Positions 9,933 through 21,311 of a stretch of DNA of 64,000 nucleotides are shown here, piece after piece. Where the stretch lies: positions 18,883 to 82,882 of the IMG/VR virus record IMGVR_UViG_3300019360_000008. One strand, written 5' to 3'. Numbering within the stretch: the stretch's first letter is position 1; the number at the start of each line of letters is the position of its first letter. The notes beneath the pieces were generated by a model. That model saw only the letters and a program-made list of their open reading frames with translations. It did not search any database and had not been told where the DNA came from. Source of the stretch: a virus. A program made the translations under genes and the position numbers.

Positions 9933-10819
9933 TTGACGAGACAGAGCCGACGGGGCTACCATATCTTATGGCTATACTAAAATGCCCCGTCGGCCTTCGT
10001 GGGTTATTCTCCCTGAAGACATTGGTCTTCCTCCTGTCTTGTTTCGTCTGCGTCGAGTTCACCCTGCTATCGACGCAGATTTCTACGCCGAAAATACAAA
10101 CCTCCAGTAAGGTCCTGCTTGCCGAAAAGCTCTCCCGGGTAAGCGTAACGGTCATTGCCGGAAACCACACAGGTACCGGAATCATTCTGACTCGCCATAC
10201 CAAGGATGGTAAAAAGTTGCACTTGGTCCTGACGGCTGCCCACGTGGTCGAGGAATGTCGCATCACCGTCACCCGTGCGAAGATCCCCCAGATCGAGTTC
10301 AAGACCGCGATGGTGCGCGTGGAGGACCGATATGACGGTCGCGTAGTGCGGTGCGCCGATTATCCAGCTGAGATCATTCAGTACAGCAATGCTGAAACCG
10401 GTAGAGATCTAGCAGTTTTGAAGATTCTGGACCCGAACTTCCCGGACGCCAATACAGAGTTTTACGCAGACGGTATCCCTGCTCCCGGTACCGACATATA
10501 TCACTACGGCAGCATGTTTGGCCTATCAGGGTCGTTCACGTCTGGTGTGGTGAGTCAAGTCGGCCGTAACCTGGAAGGGCAGCTGTTTGACCAGGTCAAC
10601 ATTGCGGCATATCCAGGATCCAGCGGTGGGGGTATTTTCGTCGAAGATGGCAGATGCGTTGGCCTCGTGCTCCTGCTAAGAGCTCCTGCTGTCGTATTTA
10701 TCGTACCGGCCCGTGAAATAGAAATCTGGTCGCTTAAGGCTGGATGCCGATGGCTGACAAACCCGTCAGTCAAAGTTGATACTGACAAACTCTCCAAGTG
10801 GCCTGTCGAAAATGACTGA
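9929..10819 (+). CDS. trypsin-like serine protease with N-terminal hydrophobic anchor
   Basis: Triad motifs LTAAHVV (His), DLAVL (Asp), PGSSGGG (Ser); start codon uncertain. Confidence 0.85.
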   Translation: MIDETEPTGLPYLMAILKCPVGLRGLFSLKTLVFLLSCFVCVEFTLLSTQISTPKIQTSSKVLLAEKLSRVSVTVIAGNHTGTGIILTRHTKDGKKLHLVLTAAHVVEECRITVTRAKIPQIEFKTAMVRVEDRYDGRVVRCADYPAEIIQYSNAETGRDLAVLKILDPNFPDANTEFYADGIPAPGTDIYHYGSMFGLSGSFTSGVVSQVGRNLEGQLFDQVNIAAYPGSSGGGIFVEDGRCVGLVLLLRAPAVVFIVPAREIEIWSLKAGCRWLTNPSVKVDTDKLSKWPVEND

Positions 10820-10869
10820 TCTGCTTTGCAGCTTTAGGGCTGCAAGGAAAACGCAGAGACACCGTCGCA

Positions 10870-10905
10870 TCCGCGCCTCTTCGCTGGGGCGCGGGTTTTG
10901 ATTTT
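10870..10905 (+). terminator. rho-independent terminator
   Basis: TCCGCGCCTC/GGGGCGCGGG stem followed by TTTTGATTTT. Confidence 0.7.
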
Positions 10906-10931
10906 AGCACTTCCATCTTTTTATCTATCAC

Positions 10932-11213
10932 ATGGAAAAGGTCAATGTTTACAGACTTTCGTCCTGCCCGATGATCCACACACCCGGAATATTCAAGTAC
11001 TGGATTAACGGTTATCGCACGACTCCCGAGTTTTCGTTCTGGCATGCAGCTATGGGCTTTCCCATGCTACCCGCCGCGCTGATTGCAGACGTACTGTCAG
11101 AACGCTGCCCGTACAAGGTCGAAGGTGACGTCGTAGTCATCGAATGGTCTAAGCCGATGGGCGAGTTCACAGAATATCACAAGCAGGAGGAGATGGTTGA
11201 AAGCGGTGATTAA
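10932..11213 (+). CDS. hypothetical protein
   Basis: 93 aa ORF after the terminator. Confidence 0.55.
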   Translation: MEKVNVYRLSSCPMIHTPGIFKYWINGYRTTPEFSFWHAAMGFPMLPAALIADVLSERCPYKVEGDVVVIEWSKPMGEFTEYHKQEEMVESGD

Positions 11214-11586
11214 CGTCAACAGGCACGTGATTGCAAAGAACCGGATACTCGCCCAACGGGCAGAGGCCGGGGAGATTGGTCGCGAGCTTGCCGAGGCCGA
11301 CATGGCCCCTACCCTGTCAGTCAAAACCTGCAAGTCCAACCGGTACACCAAGCACGTCCTGATCAAGGATCGCACCGGTCGTGTTATCGCCCAGGTGGTC
11401 TATCGTCCGTTCAAGCCGTTGTCCTGCGGGGCCACGGCATGGATCGAAGTGATGGATGCCAGCAACGTGGAGGTCATCAATGTCCGCAAAAGTAACCAAT
11501 CTAAAAGCCCGCCGCCGAGCACTCGCCGAGGAACTCGCCGAGGAGCTCGACCTGCACGTGTCAGACGTCAAGTCTGCTCCCTATGA
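11197..11586 (+). CDS. conserved phage hypothetical protein
   Basis: VNRHVIAKN...SVKTCKSNRY...VVYRPFKPLSCGATAWIE pattern recalled from a widespread phage family of unknown function. Confidence 0.6.
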   Translation: MKAVINVNRHVIAKNRILAQRAEAGEIGRELAEADMAPTLSVKTCKSNRYTKHVLIKDRTGRVIAQVVYRPFKPLSCGATAWIEVMDASNVEVINVRKSNQSKSPPPSTRRGTRRGARPARVRRQVCSL

Positions 11587-11941
11587 CCAGGCACTACTGA
11601 TTGTCCGGCCGCACAGCGCGCCCGAAAGGGAGTATCTGGTCTTGACCGAACCGGAGGCTCGTCGTCGCACGACTGAGTACATCAAAGAATCCCTGTGGGC
11701 ATTCAGGGCTGAGTTTGTGATCAAGTACACCTGTCTGCCGGCAGACTCCGTTCCGATGGTGCGAGGCTGGCAGGAGACTCAGTGTGAAGGCGCCAACGAA
11801 ACGCTCCTCAAGCTTGTTGGACGTAAACTGCACAAACTCATCGATGACGCGGTGGCGGCAGACGGTCGAGGATGTTTCCTTGCCGGCTACGATCACGAAG
11901 AGTTGCGCCGGGGTCCCTGGTACATCTATCGCACACACTGA
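11480..11941 (+). CDS. conserved phage hypothetical protein
   Basis: YLVLTE.EA...EYIKESLWAF...DGRGCFLAGYD.EE pattern. Confidence 0.6.
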   Translation: MSAKVTNLKARRRALAEELAEELDLHVSDVKSAPYDQALLIVRPHSAPEREYLVLTEPEARRRTTEYIKESLWAFRAEFVIKYTCLPADSVPMVRGWQETQCEGANETLLKLVGRKLHKLIDDAVAADGRGCFLAGYDHEELRRGPWYIYRTH

Positions 11942-12015
11942 GTTTATGGCCGGCATTGCAAGTCTGCCTACGTGGCCCGCAAGGCTGAGGAACTCAAATC
12001 AAAAAGCGCATAATC

Positions 12016-12702
12016 ATGCCGATAATCAAAACCGATTCGTGCTACTACGACGGTCCGTTCAAGCGGACGGTGAGGTTCGCCAAGAAGGACGGCTTCACAT
12101 GTGAACTTCCGCCCGCGGCCTGGGCGGTCGTCGGTACACAGAAAGCCGTCAGTAACACGCTCGACGGCTGTCTCAGGGAGTTTGAGCGCCTGGTCAAAGC
12201 CTGGCGGTCGGCATCCTCCACAACTCGCGAGGTCCTGGTGTACCAGGTTCATCGAAAGGCCCATATCTGCGAGTCGGGTAAGAACACGGACGATGCCTTG
12301 CGCAAGTACATCTTCCGGGCGGACGACCTGGGCTTTGAAGAAGGTATGGGGCTGACCGTCTGTGCCGGGGTGTTCGTGGAAACGAAGATCCAGCTAGGCG
12401 GTGACGTGCGTTACGAGTACAAGCTCATCAACGGTCGCCTACCTCTAAGCATTGAGCATGGGGCCGGCGGACATCACGGGCTGATCTCGGGGTGCGGGAA
12501 GTATCAGCAGGGAGCGATGCTAACAACCCCGGAGCTGGAGGCGTTCTTCACCGGTATCGCCCTCGGGCTGGAGAAGCTGATCCTGATGTTCGACCAACTC
12601 AGGGATGAGAAGAAGCTTCTGACGTTCGCGGCCGAAGGTCTCAAACTTTTGGCGCCACCGTCAGAACCCGTTATCGAGAAAACGCTCCCGGAAGGTTCAT
12701 GA
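12016..12702 (+). CDS. hypothetical protein
   Basis: 228 aa ORF converging on the terminase gene. Confidence 0.6.
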   Translation: MPIIKTDSCYYDGPFKRTVRFAKKDGFTCELPPAAWAVVGTQKAVSNTLDGCLREFERLVKAWRSASSTTREVLVYQVHRKAHICESGKNTDDALRKYIFRADDLGFEEGMGLTVCAGVFVETKIQLGGDVRYEYKLINGRLPLSIEHGAGGHHGLISGCGKYQQGAMLTTPELEAFFTGIALGLEKLILMFDQLRDEKKLLTFAAEGLKLLAPPSEPVIEKTLPEGS

Positions 12703-15700
12703 TGAGATCAATCGCTGTGCCCTTGAGGGTCTGCTCAAGGCGCAGCCGAATAGAATCGTCAGCAATCAGCGGTTCACCAAGCAAGAGTCGACCCAACACG
12801 TAGGCATAATTTGCCGCCTGAATGGTGTCACTCGGCTTGGTGGCCGAGGGGAGGTAGCGCATGGTGGTAACGCCACCGGGAGATTCGCACGGAGCGCGGA
12901 ACACGTTCAGGAAGTCCAACAGGAGTGGCTGGGCCTGATCCCACTTGTAACAGCGGATACGCTTACGCTTGATGGCATTGTACAAGTCTGTGATTGACTC
13001 CGTCTTGTTGAGCTGCCACTCGTTGATCGTGTGGGGACTGTCCGACTCGCCGAAGTACACGGCGGTCGGTCCCATGTACCGGATCATCAGGTGGCGCTCT
13101 GCGGGCAGGAGTTTGCGGATGGCCGAGTTGTAGGCCATGCCGACACCGACGTCAGTGGCGATGGCGAACCCGCCAAGCGCCAAGTGGTTCATGCAGATGT
13201 CGGCCGAGATCGAATCATAGTCCATACCGTCATAGCGACGCATGTGGATGATGTCAAACTCGTGTGTGCCGGCCCGAATACCCATTGCGACGTGGACCGT
13301 CGTGGAAATGCGTAACTTGTGCTCGATTGAAGGATCGGTACCGCCCCAGTCACAACCGCTGACCACATACTCATAGCCTCGGTCCCGGGCACGCTTCTGC
13401 AGCGCCTCTTGCTCGCCCAGTATACACATATCCTCCAGGTGCTTGCGCGTGATTTCTCTCGCGCCCTCATCGGTCGGAAGACCGAGCAGCTCTTGGTAGA
13501 ACTTCCGGATGTTTTGCGTCGTTTTGAGCAGCCGGACGATGGATTCCCATCGAGCTTTGTTGTTCACGACGGCCGGAACGATGATCTGGGGGATGTGGAA
13601 GCCGATTTGCTTTTGCTCCAGAAGCTCGGGCTTGGCGTGGATGAACTGACCCGTGTAGACGTTGAGCAGCTTGCCGCACTTGTAGCATGACGGCCCCTGG
13701 GGCTTGATCATGTCGAGCACGTTGTACTCCGGCAACGGGATGTTCCACGTGCCGCAGCCGCAGCGGATCGACCAGTACCCCTGACTCGATTGAGCAAACT
13801 TATTCTCCAGCGCGGTCTCAGTCGTCAGGCTGGTGCCCGAGTATATCGTGACCGGGTTCTGCGAAGCCGATTGACACTGCTGAACTTCAGTCTCCAGGTC
13901 GATGTCGAAGTCCTGAAACTCGTCGTAGAGCAGCTCGTCGGTGGACTTGCCACGCGCCGGACCCGCCTCGGACAAGATGTGCAGGAGTTCGATCTGCGAC
14001 CGGTTTGGGAATTCCTTGTACCGCAGGTTGAGGCGGAACCTGTGGTCGGGACGATACAGCGTGCAGGCCCGTTCGGTCTCGCGCAGCTTGTTAGCGTACG
14101 TGGCGAGCTGCTGTCCGCGCGGCGTAATGTAGAGACTCTTGAGCCCCGGTATGAAGTGGGCGTTAAGAACCTGCCGCACTGATATTGCGGTAGAGTTGTG
14201 GGCTACTACACCGTTCAGCACATAGTTGTGATGCTGCTCGATCTCGATGTCCCACGTATCTTCTTCCCCTAATGGCTCAATGTGTTTAATGCTGGCCCAC
14301 GTGACGTCTGCGACGTTTAACCAGTGATGAAGATCGGCAACGGCTGGACAATCGGGGACATACTTCCGGCCGTGCTCCAGATACCGTTCCAGCTTTTCAC
14401 GATTCGGACAATAGTTACGTTGCAGTGTAAGTCCGTTAGGTTTGAACGCGCCCCCCTTGATCTTCTGACACGCGCTGCGCAGTTGATTTAGAACTCTAAA
14501 GATGCCGCTAGGTAGTACATCGTCATTATTGTTTGACGTGGTGTCGGCAATCCTAAGCGAGCCGGTTGGTTTACCGGGGATGTCGTTGAAAAGCGCGATG
14601 AACTTGCCCCATGCCGGGCGGCCTTTGATCCTTACGCGGTAGTACTTGCGGCATTTAACACGACGTCCGTCTTTCTTACGGTACCCCCCAACGCCGACCG
14701 TAATCGTGGCTTCTATGCCAAACTTCAGCAAGAGAGCGTTTATTCCATCGGCCAGTTTACGTGATGTCGTCGAGTAGGAAATATCAAAATGACCCCCATG
14801 TTGCTTTACCGTTCCGTCCGTAGCCCACAGGCGAGAAAGGAACAATCGCGCGGATTCCGCTGGAAGTTCGAAAACCCAGGAGGGAATAAACTTTTCCCAA
14901 GCACGATGCTTCCAGAGTGCATCAGCCTTTAGCCAGTTCACCATCTCGTTACGTCTACTGAAATTGACGTCTATCGCGATGCTCTTCGGACAGTCAGATA
15001 ATCTAATAGGTGTAGTCTTAAGGCACTGCAGCAACCCTGCGAACTCCGCAATGGCTTGAGGATCTGCCGACGTAAAAGAGTTGTTACCTGAACAGCCGCA
15101 GCAACCGTCACCTAGCATGTAGGCGGTAAGTATGATACGGGCCTCTTGCTCGGCTCGATCGCCAAAATTCCCGCCCCGTCGCAGCACCGCCACCCGGTCG
15201 CCTTTTTTAAGGGATTGCGCTTGCACCCAGCCGTCGAATCCCCTGAGTGGATGTTCGGAACCGAGCAAGAGACTAAGTCCTGATCGCAAGGTAATTCGAT
15301 AGACCTGCTTGCGGCCCGTGCGATACTTACCTATGACTTTTGCCGAGGCAGTTCGGCACTGTTCATCCACGCACAGAACCTCTGTTCCAACTTTAATGTC
15401 TTTTGGATACAAGGGTTGACCGTTTTTGGCGTATATCGGATTCAGATCATTTACACTTACGCATTTCGCGATCTGACGTGACCCGCGCAATACCGTGAAC
15501 CCGCCGATTTGAAAGTTCAGCATCGACCACACGAACGGGTAGTCGAGGAAGCTTAACTGCTTGCCTTGTGGAAACTTGGGGAAGTAGTGACCAACCATGA
15601 AGAATAGGTTGTGACCACAGTGCTTCCAAATCTCGAAAAGAAGCTGGTTGGCCTCCTCTTTGGATTTAGAGCTGGTACTCGACTTAGACTGCGCTGCTGA

Positions 15701-15778
15701 GAATGCATTGACAAGCGTTTCCAAGCGGGACTTGAATTCACCATCGGTGCGTGCTCTAGTGTATAGGTCGAAGTACAT
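12671..15778 (-). CDS. terL: terminase large subunit (GpA-like), intein-containing
   Basis: Walker A GSRQIAK|ST split by the intein, Walker B LLYDEFQD, SGT coupling motif, paired-Cys Zn finger, nuclease GCDWGG; extein about 612 aa. Confidence 0.85.
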   Translation of the reverse strand: MYFDLYTRARTDGEFKSRLETLVNAFSAAQSKSSTSSKSKEEANQLLFEIWKHCGHNLFFMVGHYFPKFPQGKQLSFLDYPFVWSMLNFQIGGFTVLRGSRQIAKCVSVNDLNPIYAKNGQPLYPKDIKVGTEVLCVDEQCRTASAKVIGKYRTGRKQVYRITLRSGLSLLLGSEHPLRGFDGWVQAQSLKKGDRVAVLRRGGNFGDRAEQEARIILTAYMLGDGCCGCSGNNSFTSADPQAIAEFAGLLQCLKTTPIRLSDCPKSIAIDVNFSRRNEMVNWLKADALWKHRAWEKFIPSWVFELPAESARLFLSRLWATDGTVKQHGGHFDISYSTTSRKLADGINALLLKFGIEATITVGVGGYRKKDGRRVKCRKYYRVRIKGRPAWGKFIALFNDIPGKPTGSLRIADTTSNNNDDVLPSGIFRVLNQLRSACQKIKGGAFKPNGLTLQRNYCPNREKLERYLEHGRKYVPDCPAVADLHHWLNVADVTWASIKHIEPLGEEDTWDIEIEQHHNYVLNGVVAHNSTAISVRQVLNAHFIPGLKSLYITPRGQQLATYANKLRETERACTLYRPDHRFRLNLRYKEFPNRSQIELLHILSEAGPARGKSTDELLYDEFQDFDIDLETEVQQCQSASQNPVTIYSGTSLTTETALENKFAQSSQGYWSIRCGCGTWNIPLPEYNVLDMIKPQGPSCYKCGKLLNVYTGQFIHAKPELLEQKQIGFHIPQIIVPAVVNNKARWESIVRLLKTTQNIRKFYQELLGLPTDEGAREITRKHLEDMCILGEQEALQKRARDRGYEYVVSGCDWGGTDPSIEHKLRISTTVHVAMGIRAGTHEFDIIHMRRYDGMDYDSISADICMNHLALGGFAIATDVGVGMAYNSAIRKLLPAERHLMIRYMGPTAVYFGESDSPHTINEWQLNKTESITDLYNAIKRKRIRCYKWDQAQPLLLDFLNVFRAPCESPGGVTTMRYLPSATKPSDTIQAANYAYVLGRLLLGEPLIADDSIRLRLEQTLKGTAIDLIMNLPGAFSR
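14195..15463 (-). mobile_element. intein with LAGLIDADG homing endonuclease (423 aa)
   Basis: Starts at Cys106 (CVSVND), ends VVAHN before Ser+1; block B GSEHPL; LAGLIDADG-like AYMLGDG and LWATDGT; block F TWDIEI. Confidence 0.92.
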
Positions 15779-15811
15779 TGCTTCGTTGAAAACAATACCG
15801 TAAACTGGGAT

Positions 15812-15943
15812 ATGGTCAACAAGTCTCCAAAAAATGTCCTAAAGGGAAAGCCTGCAACGGCTTTCCCGAAGGCCCGCGCCAGCGCCGTCAAAATGGTGCC
15901 CGTAAAGAAGTCTGTGACGACCAATGGAACCAAACCCGAATAA
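15812..15943 (+). CDS. 43-aa basic peptide
   Basis: MVNKSPKNVLKGKPATAFPKARASAVKMVPVKKSVTTNGTKPE, just after TTGCTT-17-TAAACT; overlaps the next gene start. Confidence 0.4.
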   Translation: MVNKSPKNVLKGKPATAFPKARASAVKMVPVKKSVTTNGTKPE

Positions 15944-16433
15944 AATCGAAGATGCCCTGGAGGCGACACAGCCTGAGCAGTTTGAGACTCAGCACCCTGA
16001 ACGCGAAGACGGCTCTCCAGACGTCAATAAGGTTGACTACAATCAGTCTCAGACTTGGGTCCGCGTACCGGGTCCCAAGCATGTTACTGATCTTCCCAAG
16101 CCTGGCGACATCCGCATCGAATGGAACGTGATGATAACCAGCAGTGAAGGCGTAATCCACGTCTCGGAGGACGCGGTCAACAAGCGTGCTATCGACGGAC
16201 CCAATCACGCCAAGACCGTCGCCCTATCGATCCAGAAGGTCCTGGAAGGAAGCTTCTACGAACCCATGCTGGCCGACGTACAGGCTTACGGTGCTCGCCG
16301 GCTGGACGCCATCGCCACACGGACCCAAACGCTTCGTGAGGCGGCTCCCGTTGCCCAATTGCCTGATTTCGGACCTGCGTCGTATGAGCAGCCGCTTATG
16401 CCCGCTCCGCCGAACCCTTCGGCTAAAATTTAA
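15924..16433 (+). CDS. hypothetical protein
   Basis: 169 aa ORF. Confidence 0.6.
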   Translation: MEPNPNKIEDALEATQPEQFETQHPEREDGSPDVNKVDYNQSQTWVRVPGPKHVTDLPKPGDIRIEWNVMITSSEGVIHVSEDAVNKRAIDGPNHAKTVALSIQKVLEGSFYEPMLADVQAYGARRLDAIATRTQTLREAAPVAQLPDFGPASYEQPLMPAPPNPSAKI

Positions 16434-16445
16434 CTAACAGCCTAA

Positions 16446-16751
16446 ATGCCAAATCGTAAAGGCCCGCTTACCGGCCATATCTACCGCTTTGTCTTCGGTT
16501 CCGAATCATCCGCAGTCAATGTCATGTGTGAAGTCCACGTTCCCGGACCTATCGACATGCAAAAGGCTGTTGTTGTCGCCAAAAAGACTTTGAAAGCTAA
16601 CATCGGAAAGAATGGTATCGACTTTGATTGCCTGAACCGCGTACACGCCGGTACGGGTCTGACTATCGTGGGCAGTGGACGCATTTACGCCTATGAATGG
16701 CTGGTTGACATAGACGACATCGTCGAAGTGCGTCCCGCCAAAGTCACATAA
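16446..16751 (+). CDS. hypothetical protein, paralogue A
   Basis: MPNRKG..YRFVFGS..SAVNVMC..VPGP is clearly homologous to 16840..17103. Confidence 0.7.
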   Translation: MPNRKGPLTGHIYRFVFGSESSAVNVMCEVHVPGPIDMQKAVVVAKKTLKANIGKNGIDFDCLNRVHAGTGLTIVGSGRIYAYEWLVDIDDIVEVRPAKVT

Positions 16752-16839
16752 TGGTCGAAATTACGCTTCTCGATGACCGAATTTACTCTCTTCACTGATG
16801 GCTCCGCAGAACCCCTCGGCCAAGCTCTAATCATTCCCC

Positions 16840-17103
16840 ATGCCAAAACGTAAAAGCCAGACCGCTGGCTATAGCTACCGCTTTGACTTCGGTTCCGTAA
16901 CGTCTGCAGTTGACGTCATGTGCAGTGTCACCGTTCCCGGGCCTGTCAACAAGGCCAAGGCGGTTGACAAGGCCAGGAAGGTTCTGAAAGAAAAGCTCGG
17001 CGAAGACGGTTGCGACTTTGATCGCCTCGAAGAAGGTCGCGTCTACATCCACCCGACACGGGTTACTGAAGACAACATCGTCGACGTGTACCCCGCCTAC
17101 TGA
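16840..17103 (+). CDS. hypothetical protein, paralogue B
   Basis: MPKRKS..YRFDFGS..SAVDVMC..VPGP. Confidence 0.7.
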   Translation: MPKRKSQTAGYSYRFDFGSVTSAVDVMCSVTVPGPVNKAKAVDKARKVLKEKLGEDGCDFDRLEEGRVYIHPTRVTEDNIVDVYPAY

Positions 17104-17121
17104 CCGAAATTCCACCACTCG

Positions 17122-19552
<2,431 letters not shown>

Positions 19553-19553
<1 letters not shown>

Positions 19554-19891
19554 TGGATGCTAGAAAGAAAGCCATCCTGGCGGAAAAGTTCATTGCGTAC
19601 GCACCTGTGTGCCCTGTGGTATGTGGGTACGTACAATTCTCCAAACTGCGGAAGGGATTTGCTCCGGGCACCCTGAAGGAGATCTTCAGATGTGCCCAGT
19701 CGGCATCGTATCTATCCACCATCACGGAAGCCTACTGCACACTTGAGGACTTCATTGAGGAGGTCGCCAGGTGGAAGGATGTTACGATGTTCGGTGAGAC
19801 CGCAACGGTCTTGGTGGAAACCCTGATCGAACTGCTCAAGAAATGTAAATATGAGGTCATCATCTTCGACGACTCAACGAAAACCTCGTAA
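19553..19891 (+). CDS. hypothetical protein
   Basis: 112 aa, TAATG coupling to ligA. Confidence 0.55.
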
Positions 19892-20297
19892 TCGAAGGGC
19901 GCTTAAACACGTAGTGCTGTCGGGCGAATGCGTTATCACCCAAAGCTCTAATGACGTTGTCTGTATTAGGCTTCGCGACAACAGATCTCGCTGCCAGGCC
20001 GTGGAGGTACGCTTATCGTATTCTAACTTTGCCAGTGCGCTTATGCGCATACCGGCACCGTGTAGGTTTGAGTGGCACCCCGAGAACATAGGCAAGAAGC
20101 GTGAAATCAAAACCGAAATTGTCCCGTTCACCCTAACTTACGATTCGGAAAATCAAAACCGAGAGAGGGCCAAGGCCGCCCTAAAACCTTTCGAGAAGGA
20201 CTGGTGGGTGGGACACCCTGAAGATCTCTTAAGTCATCGCAATCGCGTAAAGGGTGAAGTGGAAGCCTATCAGGTCAGCTTCATCCGCTACGTTTAA
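19851..20297 (+). CDS. hypothetical protein
   Basis: 148 aa ORF in operon; start uncertain. Confidence 0.55.
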   Translation: MRSSSSTTQRKPRNRRALKHVVLSGECVITQSSNDVVCIRLRDNRSRCQAVEVRLSYSNFASALMRIPAPCRFEWHPENIGKKREIKTEIVPFTLTYDSENQNRERAKAALKPFEKDWWVGHPEDLLSHRNRVKGEVEAYQVSFIRYV

Positions 20298-20311
20298 CAC
20301 TCAGTACCAAA

Positions 20312-20983
20312 ATGAAACAGTATATCAAACTGTTGGGAGATGTCATGACCAAGGGTTATGACGATGTTCTCACCAATCCACTCATCGGAGAAGTTCGCCA
20401 GGTTATTGCGCCGCAGCTAAGGTTTGATCTGGCCAAAGGCTTCCCGCTGCTAACCACGCGCCCCCAGGACTTTGAGAAGCTCCGGGACGAGGCGCTCAAC
20501 ATTATGCATGCGTCAAATGCCCAGGACGTCGTCCGCGGCATTACGACAACCCAGGAAGACCGGACGTTCAACGTGCCGGTCACGGACGGAATGCCCGTCC
20601 GATGCGAAATCATCAACGAGGGACACGAAATACACTGCATCTTGTCTTTAGACTCTGTCGATGTTGTGTCCGGATTGCCTCGCGTCATCGCCCTTTATGC
20701 CATCGTGGTTCGTCTGCTCAGTCGCGAATCTGTGGGACGCTATGACGGCACATTGGTACTGAATATCGGCCGCGCGTTCGTGCGCCACAAGGACTTCAAG
20801 CTGGTAAACACGCAGATAAACCGCAAGCCCCTGAAAATGTGCAAGCTGCAGTTCAATCCGGAGCGCTCTAGCTACAAGGACTCAGTGCCGGACGACCTTA
20901 CGATTGTCGATTACATCTATCACGACGAAATCGATGAATTGACGGGTCTAGCGCTAAACAAAACAGATGGAGTTAAATCCTGA
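20312..20983 (+). CDS. thymidylate-synthase-like protein, catalytically degenerate
   Basis: MKQY..L, LRFDLAKGFPLLTT, S.DV..GLP..IALYA and QINRKP match ThyA; catalytic Cys/Arg/Asn/His/Tyr positions are substituted. Confidence 0.8.
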   Translation: MKQYIKLLGDVMTKGYDDVLTNPLIGEVRQVIAPQLRFDLAKGFPLLTTRPQDFEKLRDEALNIMHASNAQDVVRGITTTQEDRTFNVPVTDGMPVRCEIINEGHEIHCILSLDSVDVVSGLPRVIALYAIVVRLLSRESVGRYDGTLVLNIGRAFVRHKDFKLVNTQINRKPLKMCKLQFNPERSSYKDSVPDDLTIVDYIYHDEIDELTGLALNKTDGVKS

Positions 20984-21311
20984 CGTGGTGCCCGCAACGG
21001 TAGAGGAGGCGATCACTATGCTGACCGCCGCCTTATCGCCCGAGGAGTGGGCTACATTGCGACAATCATCACCCGCTGAGTTCCACTTCTCCGCTGGAAC
21101 ACAACTGCGCGACTTCTGGAGTTTCTGGGAGGAAATGACTCCACTCAGAAACTCCTTCAGGAAGCTGGGACTGTCCCATCCGGACGATCTTAGCGGCTAC
21201 CTGTTGGAGTACCTTTGCAAAACTGCAAGGGATGAACCGTTCGATTCGGATGCCTACATCAAGAAGGTACAAAATCACTGGATCAACACGATCGGAAGAG
21301 CAATACCATGA
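20967..21311 (+). CDS. hypothetical protein (DUF6794-like)
   Basis: HFSAG..LR.FW..W...LG.SHPDD.S pattern. Confidence 0.55.
   Translation: MELNPDVVPATVEEAITMLTAALSPEEWATLRQSSPAEFHFSAGTQLRDFWSFWEEMTPLRNSFRKLGLSHPDDLSGYLLEYLCKTARDEPFDSDAYIKKVQNHWINTIGRAIP

Noticed and set aside
20312-20983. Annotation as functional thyA or as a pseudogene
   Set aside because: Catalytic residues are absent, yet the frame is intact and coupled to its neighbour; reported as a pseudo-enzyme instead.
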